The notes: generated from the sequence alone by a model not told the origin. A DNA stretch of 63,607 nt, filler included, from Olpidium bornovanus S191 (GCA_017911155.1; 33 parts of 33 records of this genome joined end to end with filler, not necessarily neighbours in it), one strand, 5' to 3'; shown: positions 11,509 through 22,859, counted from the first letter of the whole stretch. Made by a program: numbers and translations.

Positions 11509-11580
11509 GCCGTCCTCGCCCGGATTCCTCGGGGAGAACGCCTTCTTCTGCCCTCCTCTCTGCTCACCTCCTCCTGCCAT
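8033..11580 (-). CDS. SART1: U4/U6.U5 tri-snRNP protein SART1/Snu66 (multi-exon, nearly complete)
   Basis: Start MAGG at 11580. The spliced HIND motif reads SLSIKETN|KLRISLGLKPL. Further matches: GIRIGHDFSEF...ILTLKDTSVLD, ILSQYDEE, DDDDLQAALARSRR, EEPLVSAGLAATLALLKQKG, YKPDINL..FDDQGNILNEKE and the C-terminal KMKTEKRMQK...NDTPL. Confidence 0.97.
11370..11505. repeat. Interrupted poly-C tract inside SART1 intron 1
   Basis: About 135 bp of near-pure C; the length may be distorted by sequencing. Confidence 0.7.
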
Positions 11581-12007
11581 CTTCGGACCGGTCGTTCACC
11601 CTTCCTCTCTGCTGCGGGAAAGCGGCGGGCCCTTCTTTTTCTTTTGACCTCCTTTTTTTTTCTTGTGCGCGCGCGCGAGTGTGTGTGCGTGTGTGTGGGC
11701 GTGCCTTTGAAAATTCCGCGCTTTGTTTGCAATTCGTTTTTTACATGTCAATTAATTGCAGCCGGGGTCGTCCGGGTGCCACACGTCAAATCATCCCCAA
11801 ACCGAGGGGCGATCAGCGTTTCTGCTCTCTCTCTCTCTCTCTCTCTGGCGGGCCACGTTCTTCCGCCCTTCCTTCCGTCGTCAGTCACAAGCCACCCCCA
11901 CGCAGGGAACAGAACAGAGATGGACAGGCGGCCCTGGAAGCGCGCATCTGTCCAGGAAAAACGTCGTTTTTTTAGGCTCGTTTGGAGTCAGTTCTCCTTG
12001 TTGTGTC

Positions 12008-12108
12008 TTTCTCTCTCTCTCTCTTTTCTCCTTCTCTCTCTCTTCCTCTCTTTCTCTCTTCTCTCTCTCTCTTCTCTCTGTCTCTCTCTCGAAAGAGAGA
12101 GAGAGAGA
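12008..12108. repeat. (CT)n/(GA)n microsatellite region
   Basis: Runs of ctctct followed by gagaga; more (CT)n at 11823-11846 and (TG)n at 11680-11698. Confidence 0.85.
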
Positions 12109-12493
12109 AGTCCACCTGCAGGACGGAATCAAACGCAACAAATGACCGGGGGTGCAACATGCGGGGAATGTGGCGTGTGGTGCGCTGTCTGTTCGGAGGA
12201 ACGGGTTTTCAAGGCAAAAAGGCTTGCGGACAGCATAACCGAATAATTTAAGGCGCATTTCATTTCATCACACATGAAATCACACGGAGGGAATCGACTT
12301 CAACGAAACATTGGGCATTGTGTGGTATTCGGCAACCCGCTCATAAATGGAATTCAAAAGCCAGTTCTGCGGGCACCGCCCGGTGCGGACGAANNNNNNN
12401 NNNNNNNNNNNNNNNNNNNNNNNNNNNNNNNNNNNNNTTAATTAATTAANNNNNNNNNNNNNNNNNNNNNNNNNNNNNNNNNNNNNNNNNNNN

Positions 12494-13455
12494 CATGAGG
12501 TCTTGCATAAGGTAGATCTCATTGAAGTTTTGGGGATCAACTATGTCAATGTCCAGTAGAGACGTAATCTGCGCAACGTTTTTATGAATTTGCACGTGTA
12601 CATCAGCCACCCGGAAACTAGAAAGCAGCAGAGCCGCCCAAAACCGTGTAATAATGATCTGTTGGCTTCCTCCAGTGCGCCGACATCGGTTTTGAACGTC
12701 TACTTGCACGCAAACGCGCAAGATAGGGCCGAGAATCCGCCAGCGTCCGTTCCGTGCCCTTGTCATACAGGTATCGGTTTTGCGCATAAGAACCGTCTTT
12801 CTCCGCGTAATCGGTCCTCCGACAATACCAGCCGACTTGTAAGAGTTCGTGAGGCGCAGGCCCTTGGTTCTGCTGCTCCATATGTAAACCTGCCGTGTTT
12901 CGGCGTAAAAACGTACGTTCTCGTGCCCGCTGAAGTGGCGCAGGAGCTTTATCTCCCGAAGCGCCCGTTTCGCCAAAATGGTCTTTTCGAAAATTCGGAT
13001 GACCTTTTTAATAGCAACCTCGCTCCTAGTCTCGATATTCTTTGCCGCGCTGTTAAAAACCCGAAGGGAGCCCAAACCTGTCAGCCGTCCTCCACGTCTC
13101 TTGTCGCGGCCTAGGTCCAAAAGTGAAGAGATGGTGTACCGACCAGACCACCCCATAAGCTCCTTGGCCGATCTCGCGGATCAGGGTATATTTCTGGTCA
13201 ACTGTATCGGTGGCGTCCGCGCAAAACGCGCGGCATGTCAGCAACATCTGCGCGTGAACTTTCCATCCCACCCCACCCTCCGCGGTGAAGCACGAGTGAC
13301 GCTGAACGATCCGTCCTGTCCCCCGAGCCCGGGAGCATTCGACGTCAAGGATGAATGGTGCTGGTGGATTTTTTTTTTTTACTTGAGGGCTTGAGTTTCG
13401 ACCGTGCCATACCTTCAAACTGCTGCTGGAACACCGGGAAAACGTGCCTCGGCAT
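12494..13455 (-). CDS. SLT2: Cell-wall-integrity MAP kinase (Slt2/Mpk1/Pmk1 family), N-terminal four exons
   Basis: Exons 13455-13413, 13201-13144, 13049-12917 and 12568-12494 give [38 protein letters not shown]...[59 protein letters not shown]. Confidence 0.92.
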
Positions 13456-13868
13456 GAGCAGCGATACCTTCCAGCCGAGGTGGGCTCGGCCGGGGGAGTG
13501 TGCAAAAACGTCCGAAGTTGGTTCGCGAAGGTTTTGGCACCGCTGATGCTGCAACGCCGACTTTTCTTGGTGCATACAGCTGCATACAAGTTTGGGGCGC
13601 GGGAGCGGGAGCAAGGATCAAACGCCGGCGGTTTTACGAGAGTGGTTTTCCTTTTTTTGTTTGCGGTTGGGGGGGGGGGGGGGGAAAAAATTTTTGGGGG
13701 GGGGGGGGGGGGGCGGGGGGCCCCCTTGGGGGGGGCAAAAGGCCACTCGCCCCCCCCCGCCCCCCCCCNNNNNNNNNNNNNNNNNNNNNNNNNNNNNNNN
13801 NNNNNNNNNNNNTTAATTAATTAANNNNNNNNNNNNNNNNNNNNNNNNNNNNNNNNNNNNNNNNNNNN

Positions 13869-14996
13869 CATGAGAATATTCGGGACAATGTCGCCTGTCG
13901 GCCGGTTTGACACCGTCAGACTGTACGAAAGGTCGTCGGAAAGGAAATCGATTGGCGCAGAAGACTTGGGTGAGACCGTCAAATTGGGCGACAAAGCGAC
14001 TACAGAAGCGCGTAGGGCACGGGCTTGACGACGTGGACCTTCTGTTGTAGACTGTTCAGAGAAAGAGGTCTTCGTGCGTTGTTCAAAGTTTGCAGCAGCC
14101 CGAGCGTGGAAGTCAGCTGTAATTTAACAGGCAATTACTCGTAAAATGCTCGGGGGAAGAAAAGAACTTGCAGGGACGTTGAGGATCCTGGGCAGGGCGC
14201 TGCTCGCCCTGCTTAGGCGTAGGACCGAATGGAAAAGGCGTTTGCGGTTTCGCACGACTGCCGGAGTGCGTGTTGCTGCAGGATGTAGCCGAGCCTCCTC
14301 CTGGTCCTTGTGATGCCTTCGAGAATTGATACGGCCGTGATTTGCGGCAGCAGGCTGAGCATGGTGTTGGTGGCGCGAAAATAAGGCGTCATCAAGCCCC
14401 CGGGTGACGGCGTCATACTAAAGGGCGGTTTTCTGGCAGACTTCAAGATTAACGAAGATTTCTGGGGCAGCGGCGACCGCGCGCTTTGCAGGATCGGTCA
14501 TGTTGTCCAGGTGCTTGACCATCAAGGCCGCCACACTGAAGGCTCCATTAAGGAGGGCACTGATGGCATTGAATTGAGTGGTGTAGCTTGGACAGAGCTG
14601 ATTTGTCGCAGGTTGTGCAACTTTTTCGACGCTTTTTTGAAATCGCGGTCATTCGCGTAATGCAGGAAGAGAAGTTTCTTCGGGTCCTGCCAAGCAGAAG
14701 GCAATTTGTTAGCGGCCTCTAGGTGATTGAATCAGAAAGTGGCGGGTCCTGCCTTCCAGTTTGGCGGCGGCGAGGTCCACTTGCGTTTGGGGGAGCGTTT
14801 GATCAAGGCGAAAAAATCGTTTTATTTTGGCGAAGAAAAGCCGGAAGTCGGCCAGCCTTCCCTTGTCATCATACTTTTCGATTTTAGCAAAAAAAAACCA
14901 TAACAAGAAGGTGCCATGCGGGCTAGAGGAATCGGCATCCACTCGTTTTTGCTGCCTCCGCTCATGCCGGCGAAGCTGAGCTTTGGCCTCGCTCAA
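13869..14996 (-). mobile_element. Degenerate Ty3/gypsy-type gag (retrotransposon gag domain)
   Basis: KIEKYDDKGRLADFRLFF...QVDLAAAKLEGR, a frameshift, then LPSAWQDPKKLLFLHY...KASKKLHNLRQISSVQ (the W...L..LRQ..SV gag pattern); several frame breaks. Confidence 0.65.
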
Positions 14997-15412
14997 GGCT
15001 GTATGCAGAGTGCCGATATCATCCGAACAAGAAGCGCCAGCGACATCATTTTTCTTAGGCCGGTGGTGGCGACCCCCGGTGATCGCTTGGCGGACGGCGG
15101 CGATTGGGGCCGGCGGCAGCGATGGATGCCGGCGTGCGCCGACGGCGGCGACGGGTGCCGGCAGAGTCTTGTCTCGCCGTCAGGGTCTCGTCTTGGGTCT
15201 CGTCTTGCCGTCAGAGTCTTGTTTTGCGGTCAGTCTCCGGCGGCGGCGGAGGATTCCGGCAACGGCGGCTGCGCAGGACTGGTACCAAAATCGGCTCGCN
15301 NNNNNNNNNNNNNNNNNNNNNNNNNNNNNNNNNNNNNNNNNNNTTAATTAATTAANNNNNNNNNNNNNNNNNNNNNNNNNNNNNNNNNNNNNNNNNNNNA
15401 TATCTAACAAGC

Positions 15413-15673
15413 TTGCGCCAACTCCAGGAAGAGGCCCACACAAGACGAATCGCCGCGGACCCGGCCGCCTACGCCGAGGTCGAGTATCCAGAGCCCCTCC
15501 GCCGCTTCAGGGACGACATGCTACGCCGCATCGACGACAACACCGCCGAGGAGAGCGGCGACAGACGATTCCGTTCAACCGCCGCCACCGCTAGAGGGGG
15601 GGATGGAAAGCGGGGAGGTGGAGGTCCAGCCCATTTCGTGCGCCGACGGGCAGGCGGCAGAGGAAACGGATAG
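15413..15673 (+). CDS. Possible terminal exon of an unidentified protein
   Basis: Open frame RQLQEEAHTRRIAADPAAYAEVEYPEPLRRFRDDMLRRIDD... with protein-like composition; no family recognised. Confidence 0.3.
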   Translation: MRQLQEEAHTRRIAADPAAYAEVEYPEPLRRFRDDMLRRIDDNTAEESGDRRFRSTAATARGGDGKRGGGGPAHFVRRRAGGRGNG

Positions 15674-17662
15674 CGTCGTAACCCTGTAAAATTAGGAAAC
15701 GATTATTTCCTTGGGGGAAGAAAGGGGGACCAAATGCGTTTTTGCATTCTACGGGCAAAGGGCTGCTACGCGAAATTTCCCCCGAATCGCGGATGACGAG
15801 CAGCGCACGACGAGTGAACGGTATGCCAGAATAAGGGAACTAAATAGGCCGTAGATACCTTAAACCTGCCCGTGAGACTATACCACATTAAGCAGCTACA
15901 GCACTGCCTTCCAAATTCGGAGGCGGACAGACAGTTTAGCTTGGCCAAGTGTGTTCGCGATTGAACAAGCGGGGGGCGGGCTTTGGTTCTGCAAGTGAGC
16001 CGGAACGGGCTTTCTAAGCGACTTGTGCGGCTCCCGGCGGTGAATTTTTCCTTCCGCCAAGTGTAGCATGAAAATAACGATTTAAGCCTTTAAGAGACGC
16101 GGAATGGGAGAACGTATCGGGCGAGCCCAGGAACAGTTCGCTGCGGGGTGTTCACCCAAAATTAAGCGATATTCTTAGTCTACTATTACATTTTACATTA
16201 TTGAATTCTATGTGGATTCCATAATCTGTACGGATCATTTTCAACAATAATTTACACTATAATCTAATAATTAATATATGTATCTTAAGGGCCACGACCT
16301 TGTGAGCCGCGCGCGCTGACAAAGAGAGAGAGAAAGAAAGAGAGAAAAATGGCTCGGAAGAAAAAAAAGAAATTTTGGATGGCTGCCCGCATCATCATAG
16401 ACGACGCCGTCCGCCGAGTGCACAGACGGAATATCGGAGAACAACGCCAGGCCGCAAAATCGTAGAAACTGCAGTTGTTTGGCGTTGCCTCCGGAGGTTC
16501 CCTCCTCCCACGCCAACTCTCATGGTTACCGTTCTTCCTGCCCGCGACTACGCCGACCTCCAGGGCTCACAAGGGCACTCAAAACAAAATAAGGTTTCGG
16601 AAGGAATCAGAATGGCAAGGACCGGAACCGCCATGGCGCGGAGCCGGTGCCTCCCGTCGTGACCTGCCTGTGAGACGGTCATTACGTAAAGGACGATTCG
16701 CGAAAAAGGTTGTGAAGTCGAAGATGAACCGTCAATCGAGCAAGGCGCGGCCNNNNNNNNNNNNNNNNNNNNNNNNNNNNNNNNNNNNNNNNNNNNTTAA
16801 TTAATTAANNNNNNNNNNNNNNNNNNNNNNNNNNNNNNNNNNNNNNNNNNNNCATGGCAAGGATCGTTTGAAGAATGCCTTGGTGTATGAAATGCATACT
16901 AAACAATTTGCAGGACCCTCGGCGGTGAATTTTATTGGACCGGCCCCTCGACGGCTTTAGGCTTTGCTCTGCGCTTAGCGACAGACGTGGCCAGCATTCC
17001 CGCACGGTGGGTCCCTGCAAAAGCCCGGAAACCCTCTTCCAGAACAGTCTTTCTTTCCTTTTCGAGTGTTGGCCTTGGGTGTAAGCTGCCGTTCGCGATT
17101 GCTCGGTGCCACAGGCAGGGAATCGGTTCGGTTTGTTGGGGGAGGGAAACGGGAGAGGAAGCGAGCAGCCGGCAGGTAGAAAAACCTTCCGTTGGCTGCT
17201 CACCGGGCGGGCCGGGGAGGGGACAGCTTCGAAGTTCACCCGGCGAAATAAACATTGAAAATCTCAAAAACGTTGTCTTACAACAGGACTGCGTCGTTCC
17301 TTTTTGTTTTATTTTTTGCGGCATCATATTTTTTCTTACATTTTGATCCCCGCTTCCCTCCCTCCTTCCCCCCCTTGCAGGAGAAAGGGCGCCCTTTGTC
17401 CCCCGGCGTTCTCGCGCTTCGCGCACCAACCACCCCACCTCCTCCCACCCCTTCGGATCTTGAGCCATATTACAAAGGGCCTCTTGCGGCACACGCCCGC
17501 CGCCCGCGCCCGTTTCGCGGGAGCTCGTAAGGGATGCGCCGGTTGGTTACGGGAAGAAGAAACGCACTTTTTTTTTGCCCATGTAATGCAAAGACAGGCA
17601 AGCAGGGTTCGAATCAGGATTACTGGTATAAATAAGCTCCGACGGGGCGGTTAGGCACCCCA

Positions 17663-17775
17663 CGCAGTGTCCCTTGCCCTTTCCGCAGTCGTAGTAGCCA
17701 TTTCCTTTGGCGTACCCGTCGTAACCCTTGCAGTACCCGTCGTAACCCTTGCCGTAGCCGTAGAAATTTGGCCGC
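17663..17775 (-). repeat. 21-bp tandem repeat; best reading is a Gly/Tyr/Lys-rich peptide (YGYGKGYDGYCKGYDGYAKGNGYYDCGKGKGHC)
   Basis: GTACCCGTCGTAACCCTTGC occurs twice, plus degenerate copies. All three minus-strand frames are open, so the coding frame is not proven. Confidence 0.6.
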
Positions 17776-18068
17776 CGTGGGTGTCGGGCATGGCATGCGA
17801 GGACGGTCGCCCGCTCGCAAAAAGCTTGGCAAGGCGTCGGAGTTGTGCTTGCAGGCCGCTGGATCGCGCCAAAACGGCGAGCCCCGCCCACGTCGACCGG
17901 GTATTCGCGGTTGCTCGGCGGACGTCATTTGCGAAGAATTAAAAAATCGCGAGTGGCCGAACCGCATTCGAGGGCCAAAAATTCCTGTCAAAATTCCTGA
18001 CGAAAAGTCCACGCTCCGCCGGAAGAGGAGGCGGAACAACCCAAAGAAAAAATAAAAAAAAATTTAGT

Positions 18069-18142
18069 TGATCTCTACCAGATTTGAACTGGTGACCGTC
18101 TGTGTGTTAGACAGACGTGATAACCAACTACACCAAGAGATC
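18069..18142 (-). tRNA. tRNA-Val(AAC), no intron
   Basis: GATCTCT/AGAGATC acceptor stem, TCTGT-CT AAC AC-ACAGA anticodon arm, ACCAG-TTCAAAT-CTGGT T arm, discriminator A, and a downstream T-run terminator. Confidence 0.96.
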
Positions 18143-18489
18143 CTCCGCGTTCATTCGGCAACATATTTATAATTATAGATTGTCACCGCGTAACGCGTTG
18201 TTAATTTGGCCTTTGTTCTTGCCGTTTTGTGAGTATTTTGACTTCGTCCGGCTTAGCAGTCAAAGGTCACGTGACCGGCTTTGCGGGAGCATCTGCCGCT
18301 GTTGCTTACGGGACGGGAACCAACGGGGCAACGAGCAGCGACGGTTGCGCCGGGGAGCTTGCGGAGGGACCTCCGCGGACGACGAATGAGCCGACGCGGA
18401 CGAGAAACTTGTACATAGTGCGGGTTCCGGCTTAGGAGCTGGGCGTGGGTCGGCGATGGCGTACGCGGCCGTCAATGCTAAAATTGAAT

Positions 18490-19110
18490 GAGGGATTTGT
18501 TTGTTCTTTCGAAGCCCGGGAAGAACTCAGCAGTTATCCAGAGGCCCGTCAATTATGCTCGAAACGGTCAGAACCAGTTGGACAATTCATTCTCAAAAGA
18601 AATATGGCACGATATGGGCGTATCAAAATTTTTTGCGGAGATTGTGGAGAATCACATGATGCTGAGATACGACAGTTCTTTTAACGATACGGGTCAAAAT
18701 TCATCTCACCACTCCATAAAATCCCGGGGCGAACGGCAAAGTCGAAGGAGGACATCAAAATCTCGGATGTAAAACGGACGAGCTGATTGCGTTACGGTTA
18801 CGACAGCTGGAACACCGAGAAAAAGATCTTGAGACGACAGCAGAACGACTACGAGACAAAAGAGAGCGAGCGAAGGAGACGATTGATAGCGAACGAAGTA
18901 CGTGGATTGCCCTGATAGGACCCGGCGAGTGAATTTTGGTACGCAACAACCGAATATTCAACGAATTTGTAGCGAACGCAAGCCTGTGCCACGTTGGTTT
19001 GGAGCCTACGTTGAGGGAAAGCCAATTCCGGGCCCTGAACATACGAACTACGCGAACTAAACAGTACACCGCTGTCCACACGTTCCTCGGAAACGCATGT
19101 TTGACTCTAG
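18490..19110 (+). mobile_element. Degenerate Ty3/gypsy integrase (catalytic core and C-terminus)
   Basis: FEAREELSSYPEARQL...VGQFILKRNMARYGRIKIFCGDCGE..., then ELIALRLRQLEHREKDL...PGE*ILVRN..., RKPVPRWFGAYV and TYELRELN; stops and frameshifts present. Confidence 0.8.
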
Positions 19111-19554
19111 CGACGGCGAGACGATGGGCGCGAGCACCCCAAACTTATTGAGGAATCCCATGAAGAATGCGACAGAAGCAGAAGTTAACGGTTGGGGGCA
19201 AAAAAGTGTAACGACACACTGAGAGCTTGAACCACTAATGCCCTGATACCTCGAGGAGGATACGTAGGCAGTCTATAATCCTTGGGCAACCTTGGGGAGA
19301 CGCAGGAGAGAATGTTAGACCCGGATCTGAGCGACCAGTGACAAGCCGGCAAATGATGGGAATTGGAATGCGGGACCGGTCCATACTAACTTTTCCACCG
19401 CGTCTGCCAACAGCGCTACCTGTGGCGATGAAGGCGGTAAAGGGGAGGGAAAGAGCGTGGCGCCACGGGGCTCCGACTGCTCTACCCTGAGCAGAACTGA
19501 AGGGAGCGAGCGGTGCGGAACAAACGGACAGGACGATCACAACAGGTTTCCAAA

Positions 19555-19694
19555 TCTCAACTTTGAAAAACCAACTTGTTGAACAAGGTTCCTCAAGGCT
19601 GTCAAGGGTACAGGAATGAAACGGTCTCAACTTCGAAAACCCAAACTTGTTCGAGCGATTTTCAAAGGTTGTCAAGGGCACAGGAATGAAACGG
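19555..19694. repeat. Tandem duplication, 2 x ~70 bp
   Basis: TCTCAACTT(T/C)GAAAA...TGTCAAGGG(T/C)ACAGGAATGAAACGG occurs twice, head to tail. Confidence 0.9.
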
Positions 19695-20018
19695 GGACAA
19701 TACGAGCGAAGGTCGAGTGATAAGTTGCTGGAGCAGCAAAACAGGAAGTTGCAGCGGAGAAATTGCAGGCTAGCTTATGTGCGCAAGTCGACATACCGGA
19801 AGAGGAAAAAACATTAGGGGTTAGTGTTCCCGAGTTTGATGTTACGTGCCGGAAACGGAATCGGCATCACAAGAAGTGGTGTTCAGCCATGNNNNNNNNN
19901 NNNNNNNNNNNNNNNNNNNNNNNNNNNNNNNNNNNTTAATTAATTAANNNNNNNNNNNNNNNNNNNNNNNNNNNNNNNNNNNNNNNNNNNNAAAAAAACA
20001 AGCGAGCGGCGAACGCAC

Positions 20019-21162
20019 TTTTCCGAACAGCAGCTCGTACGCCATCACGCCTAAACTCCACCAGTCAATTGATGCGAAATAACCTTTCTTGCTCAGGACT
20101 TCCGGCGCCATGTATGCCATGCTGCCCGCGACGGCCGTCAACGGCTTGGATTCGGTGAAGTTCACGGCGATGTTAAAATCGGTAAGGTGCGCGTGCCCCT
20201 TCTCGTCTAGCAGAACGTTATCTGGTTTCAGATCTCTAAGAAGCCCGGCCCCCCCCCCCACCCAGGGTTACGGAGCAGACAAAGTCAAGGTCGAAACTCA
20301 GCGGAAACGCAGATCGCCCCCGAATCTCAAAAAGAACAATCGAGACGATCCGCGCTTTTTTTTTTTTTTTTTTTTTTTTCCCGCGGCCGACATCGCGCAC
20401 ATATTACCTGTGGACAATCTTTTTCGAGTGAAGGTACGCTAACCCTGCGCCCACCTCGGCGCAGTAGAATCGTACGACTGCCTCCTCCATGCTCCCTTGC
20501 CGGTCAAGGTGGAACCGCACGTCACCGCCGAGCATGAGGTCAAGGACCATGAACATATTCTCGTCGTCCTGGAAGGCGTACCGCAGGTTGCACACGAGGC
20601 CAAAGTCGATCTCTTCAAGCAACCGCCGTTCCTGTATTATGTTCTCGACCGCCTTCATCTTTATGCACTTCTCCTTGTTGATGTACTTGAGGGCGTAAAG
20701 CTTTTTGTCCGCCTTATGTTGTACTACTCGTACCTGAAGCGGTATCGAGGGCCAGGGGCCACGTGCTGTCTGAGCGACGGGAGCAACCCGGGGGGCTGGG
20801 CGGGTTCCATCCCGGATAACTCAAGGGCAGAGAAAGCGGGGCCACCTTCCCACCTACCCACCTTCCCGAAAGCACCTTTGCCGACAGATCGCAGCAGATG
20901 GAAGTGGCCCAATTCCACTGTCGTCACAGCACGCGGTGACGGTGAGTTCGGCACAACCGAAAACGTGCGCCGCACAGGGACGCCGCCCCGTAAAACGATT
21001 GCGGCGATTTCAGGGACGACCGCGGCCACCGGCCCCCCCCCTCCCACCCTTCTCTTTCCCGCAAGTCGCCACTGCATCCACCCGCCCCCCTCCTTCCCCC
21101 TGGGCATCCGCACCTTCCGCATTGAAATCGATCTCCTCCTCCTTGCAGCAAACACCCCCCAT
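20019..21162 (-). CDS. AGC-group kinase, STK32/YANK family (N-terminal part), with an N-terminal MGxxCC lipidation motif
   Basis: MGGVCCKEEEIDF|...HFHLLRSVGKGAFGKV|...YALKYINKEKCIKMKAVENIIQERRLLEEI...YAFQDDENMFMVLDLMLGGDVRFHL...HR|DLKPDNVLLDEKGHAHLTDFNIA...GSMAYMAPE...IDWWSLGV. DFN in place of DFG is typical of STK32. Confidence 0.93.
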
Positions 21163-21257
21163 GGCGGTTGCGTTCGAGACGGGGGGCCGGCGCGCCCCGG
21201 AGCGCAGGGTCCTGAGACAGCGGTGTTTTCCTCGGAAAGCGCGCGGGCACTTCTTCT

Positions 21258-21294
<37 letters not shown>

Positions 21295-21909
21295 CCCCCC
21301 CCCCCCCCCCCCCAAACCGGGGGGGGGGGGGGGGGGCCCTTTTTCCCCCCCCCCCCCCCCCACGCCCCCGTNNNNNNNNNNNNNNNNNNNNNNNNNNNNN
21401 NNNNNNNNNNNNNNNTTAATTAATTAANNNNNNNNNNNNNNNNNNNNNNNNNNNNNNNNNNNNNNNNNNNNCCAGTTCTGCATCGGCGAAATCGGCGGCG
21501 CTGACAAGCCTGACCGCGGCATGTCGACCGTCAGCCCGATGCCGTCGGCTCAGATCGTCGATTCAGCGGAAGGCGATCCTTTCGGTGACATGTTCTTCGG
21601 CGACAAACCACCCCCCCGTCCCCTCCCGCGCACGGCCCCGACTTTGCGCATCTTCTTTTCATTTTGCGCGCTTGATGCGGTCCGGAGGGAGGCTTTGGAA
21701 CAGTTGCACGCACTTGCCGACGATCGCTTCCGCCGTGGCCTGGCGGCGCACCGCGGGCGCCCGAAAGCGAAAAAAAAAAAAAAAAAAAAAAAAGAAAAAA
21801 ATGGAACGCTTTACTTTCGTTCAAAAAGCGGAAAAGCCGGAAGGATCTTCGCGATGGTTTCGAGGGCGCGGCCGGAATTCCAGTTTTTTTTTTCCCCCCG
21901 GATCCTCAC

Positions 21910-22359
21910 CTCTACGCTGAACAGCACGTCCTCCAGTTGCTGCTGGCGCCCCGCCACTTGTTGCTCGATCGAGCGATGGGCGTTTTCGAGGAACGCCCTG
22001 TGCTTGTTCATATCGAGGTGGCACTCCGACGCTTCGTTCGGCCCCGCGGCGGCTGAGCGCGCGTCTTTGCGCGGGTGAGTATGCACGTTCCGCGCGGCCA
22101 AAAAAAAAAAAAAAAAAAAAGCCCCAAAACCGCGGGGACGGAGGGGGAGAGAGGGGTGGGGGGGGGGGGCTTTTTCGGCTTCAGCGCCCGCGCGGCGCAC
22201 CTGGTTCGATGCCGCGCGACTCGAGCTGCCGGCGGAACGAGTCGTTCGCGGCCAGCAGTCCTGAGATCGAGTGGAGCATCTCGCCGCACTTTTCGACGTG
22301 AGCCGCCTTGATGCTTTCCACGTCGGACCTGTAGGCCTCTTCGGCGCTCCTCAGTTTCT
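21910..22359 (-). CDS. Unidentified coiled-coil protein, two internal exons
   Basis: GT-AG-bounded exons EKLRSAEEAYRSDVESIKAAHVEKCGEMLHSISGLLAANDSFRRQLESRGIEP and ...HRAFLENAHRSIEQQVAGRQQQLEDVLFSVE. Confidence 0.55.
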
Positions 22360-22398
22360 CTGCGGGCGGAGGAAAACGTCATCTTGGGGGGGTTTTTT

Positions 22399-22505
<107 letters not shown>

Positions 22506-22605
22506 NNNNNNNNNNNNNNNNNNNNNNNNNNNNNNNNNNNNNNNNNNNNTTAATTAATTAANNNNNNNNNNNNNNNNNNNNNNNNNNNNNNNNNNNNNNN
22601 NNNNN

Positions 22606-22740
22606 AATGAAATGGATGGACGACGCCGTCACTTGGGAGGAAGCGCAAATCCTCCCCGTCAAGATGGTCAAGGAGTACTGCAGGCGGACCAACCTGCCAA
22701 CGCCTACGGAGAAGGCAGAAGCCATGTTAGAATGTACACC
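22606..22740 (+). other. Chromodomain-like fragment at a contig start
   Basis: MKWMDDAVTWEEAQILPVKMVKEY fits the chromodomain C-terminal half (KW...TWE...L...I.EY); host or chromovirus origin unresolved. Confidence 0.4.
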
Positions 22741-22859
22741 GACGAAGATCGTTTTTCGTCGCGGAGCTTGCTGTGCTTTTTTTTTTTTTTTTTTTTTTTT
22801 CTTGTGGACAGCGCGGGGTAGACGCGCCGAGCGGGCGGGAGGGAGGGACGCGAGCGCGG

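Noticed and set aside
15279-15288. TGGTACCA as the PBS of the gypsy gag on this contig
   Set aside because: No adjacent LTR CA end and no recognisable tRNA 3' complement.
17603-17615. GGTTCGAATC as part of a tRNA
   Set aside because: No T stem, acceptor stem or A-box.
18700-18755. MSSFDFAVRPGILWS as the signal exon for the X-Pro exon at 18410-18478
   Set aside because: It lies antisense within the gypsy integrase remnant and is a weak signal peptide.
19815-19826. Telomere-like TTAGGG fragments (also near 27211 and 41231-41246)
   Set aside because: Only one or two imperfect units, not terminal; expected by chance.
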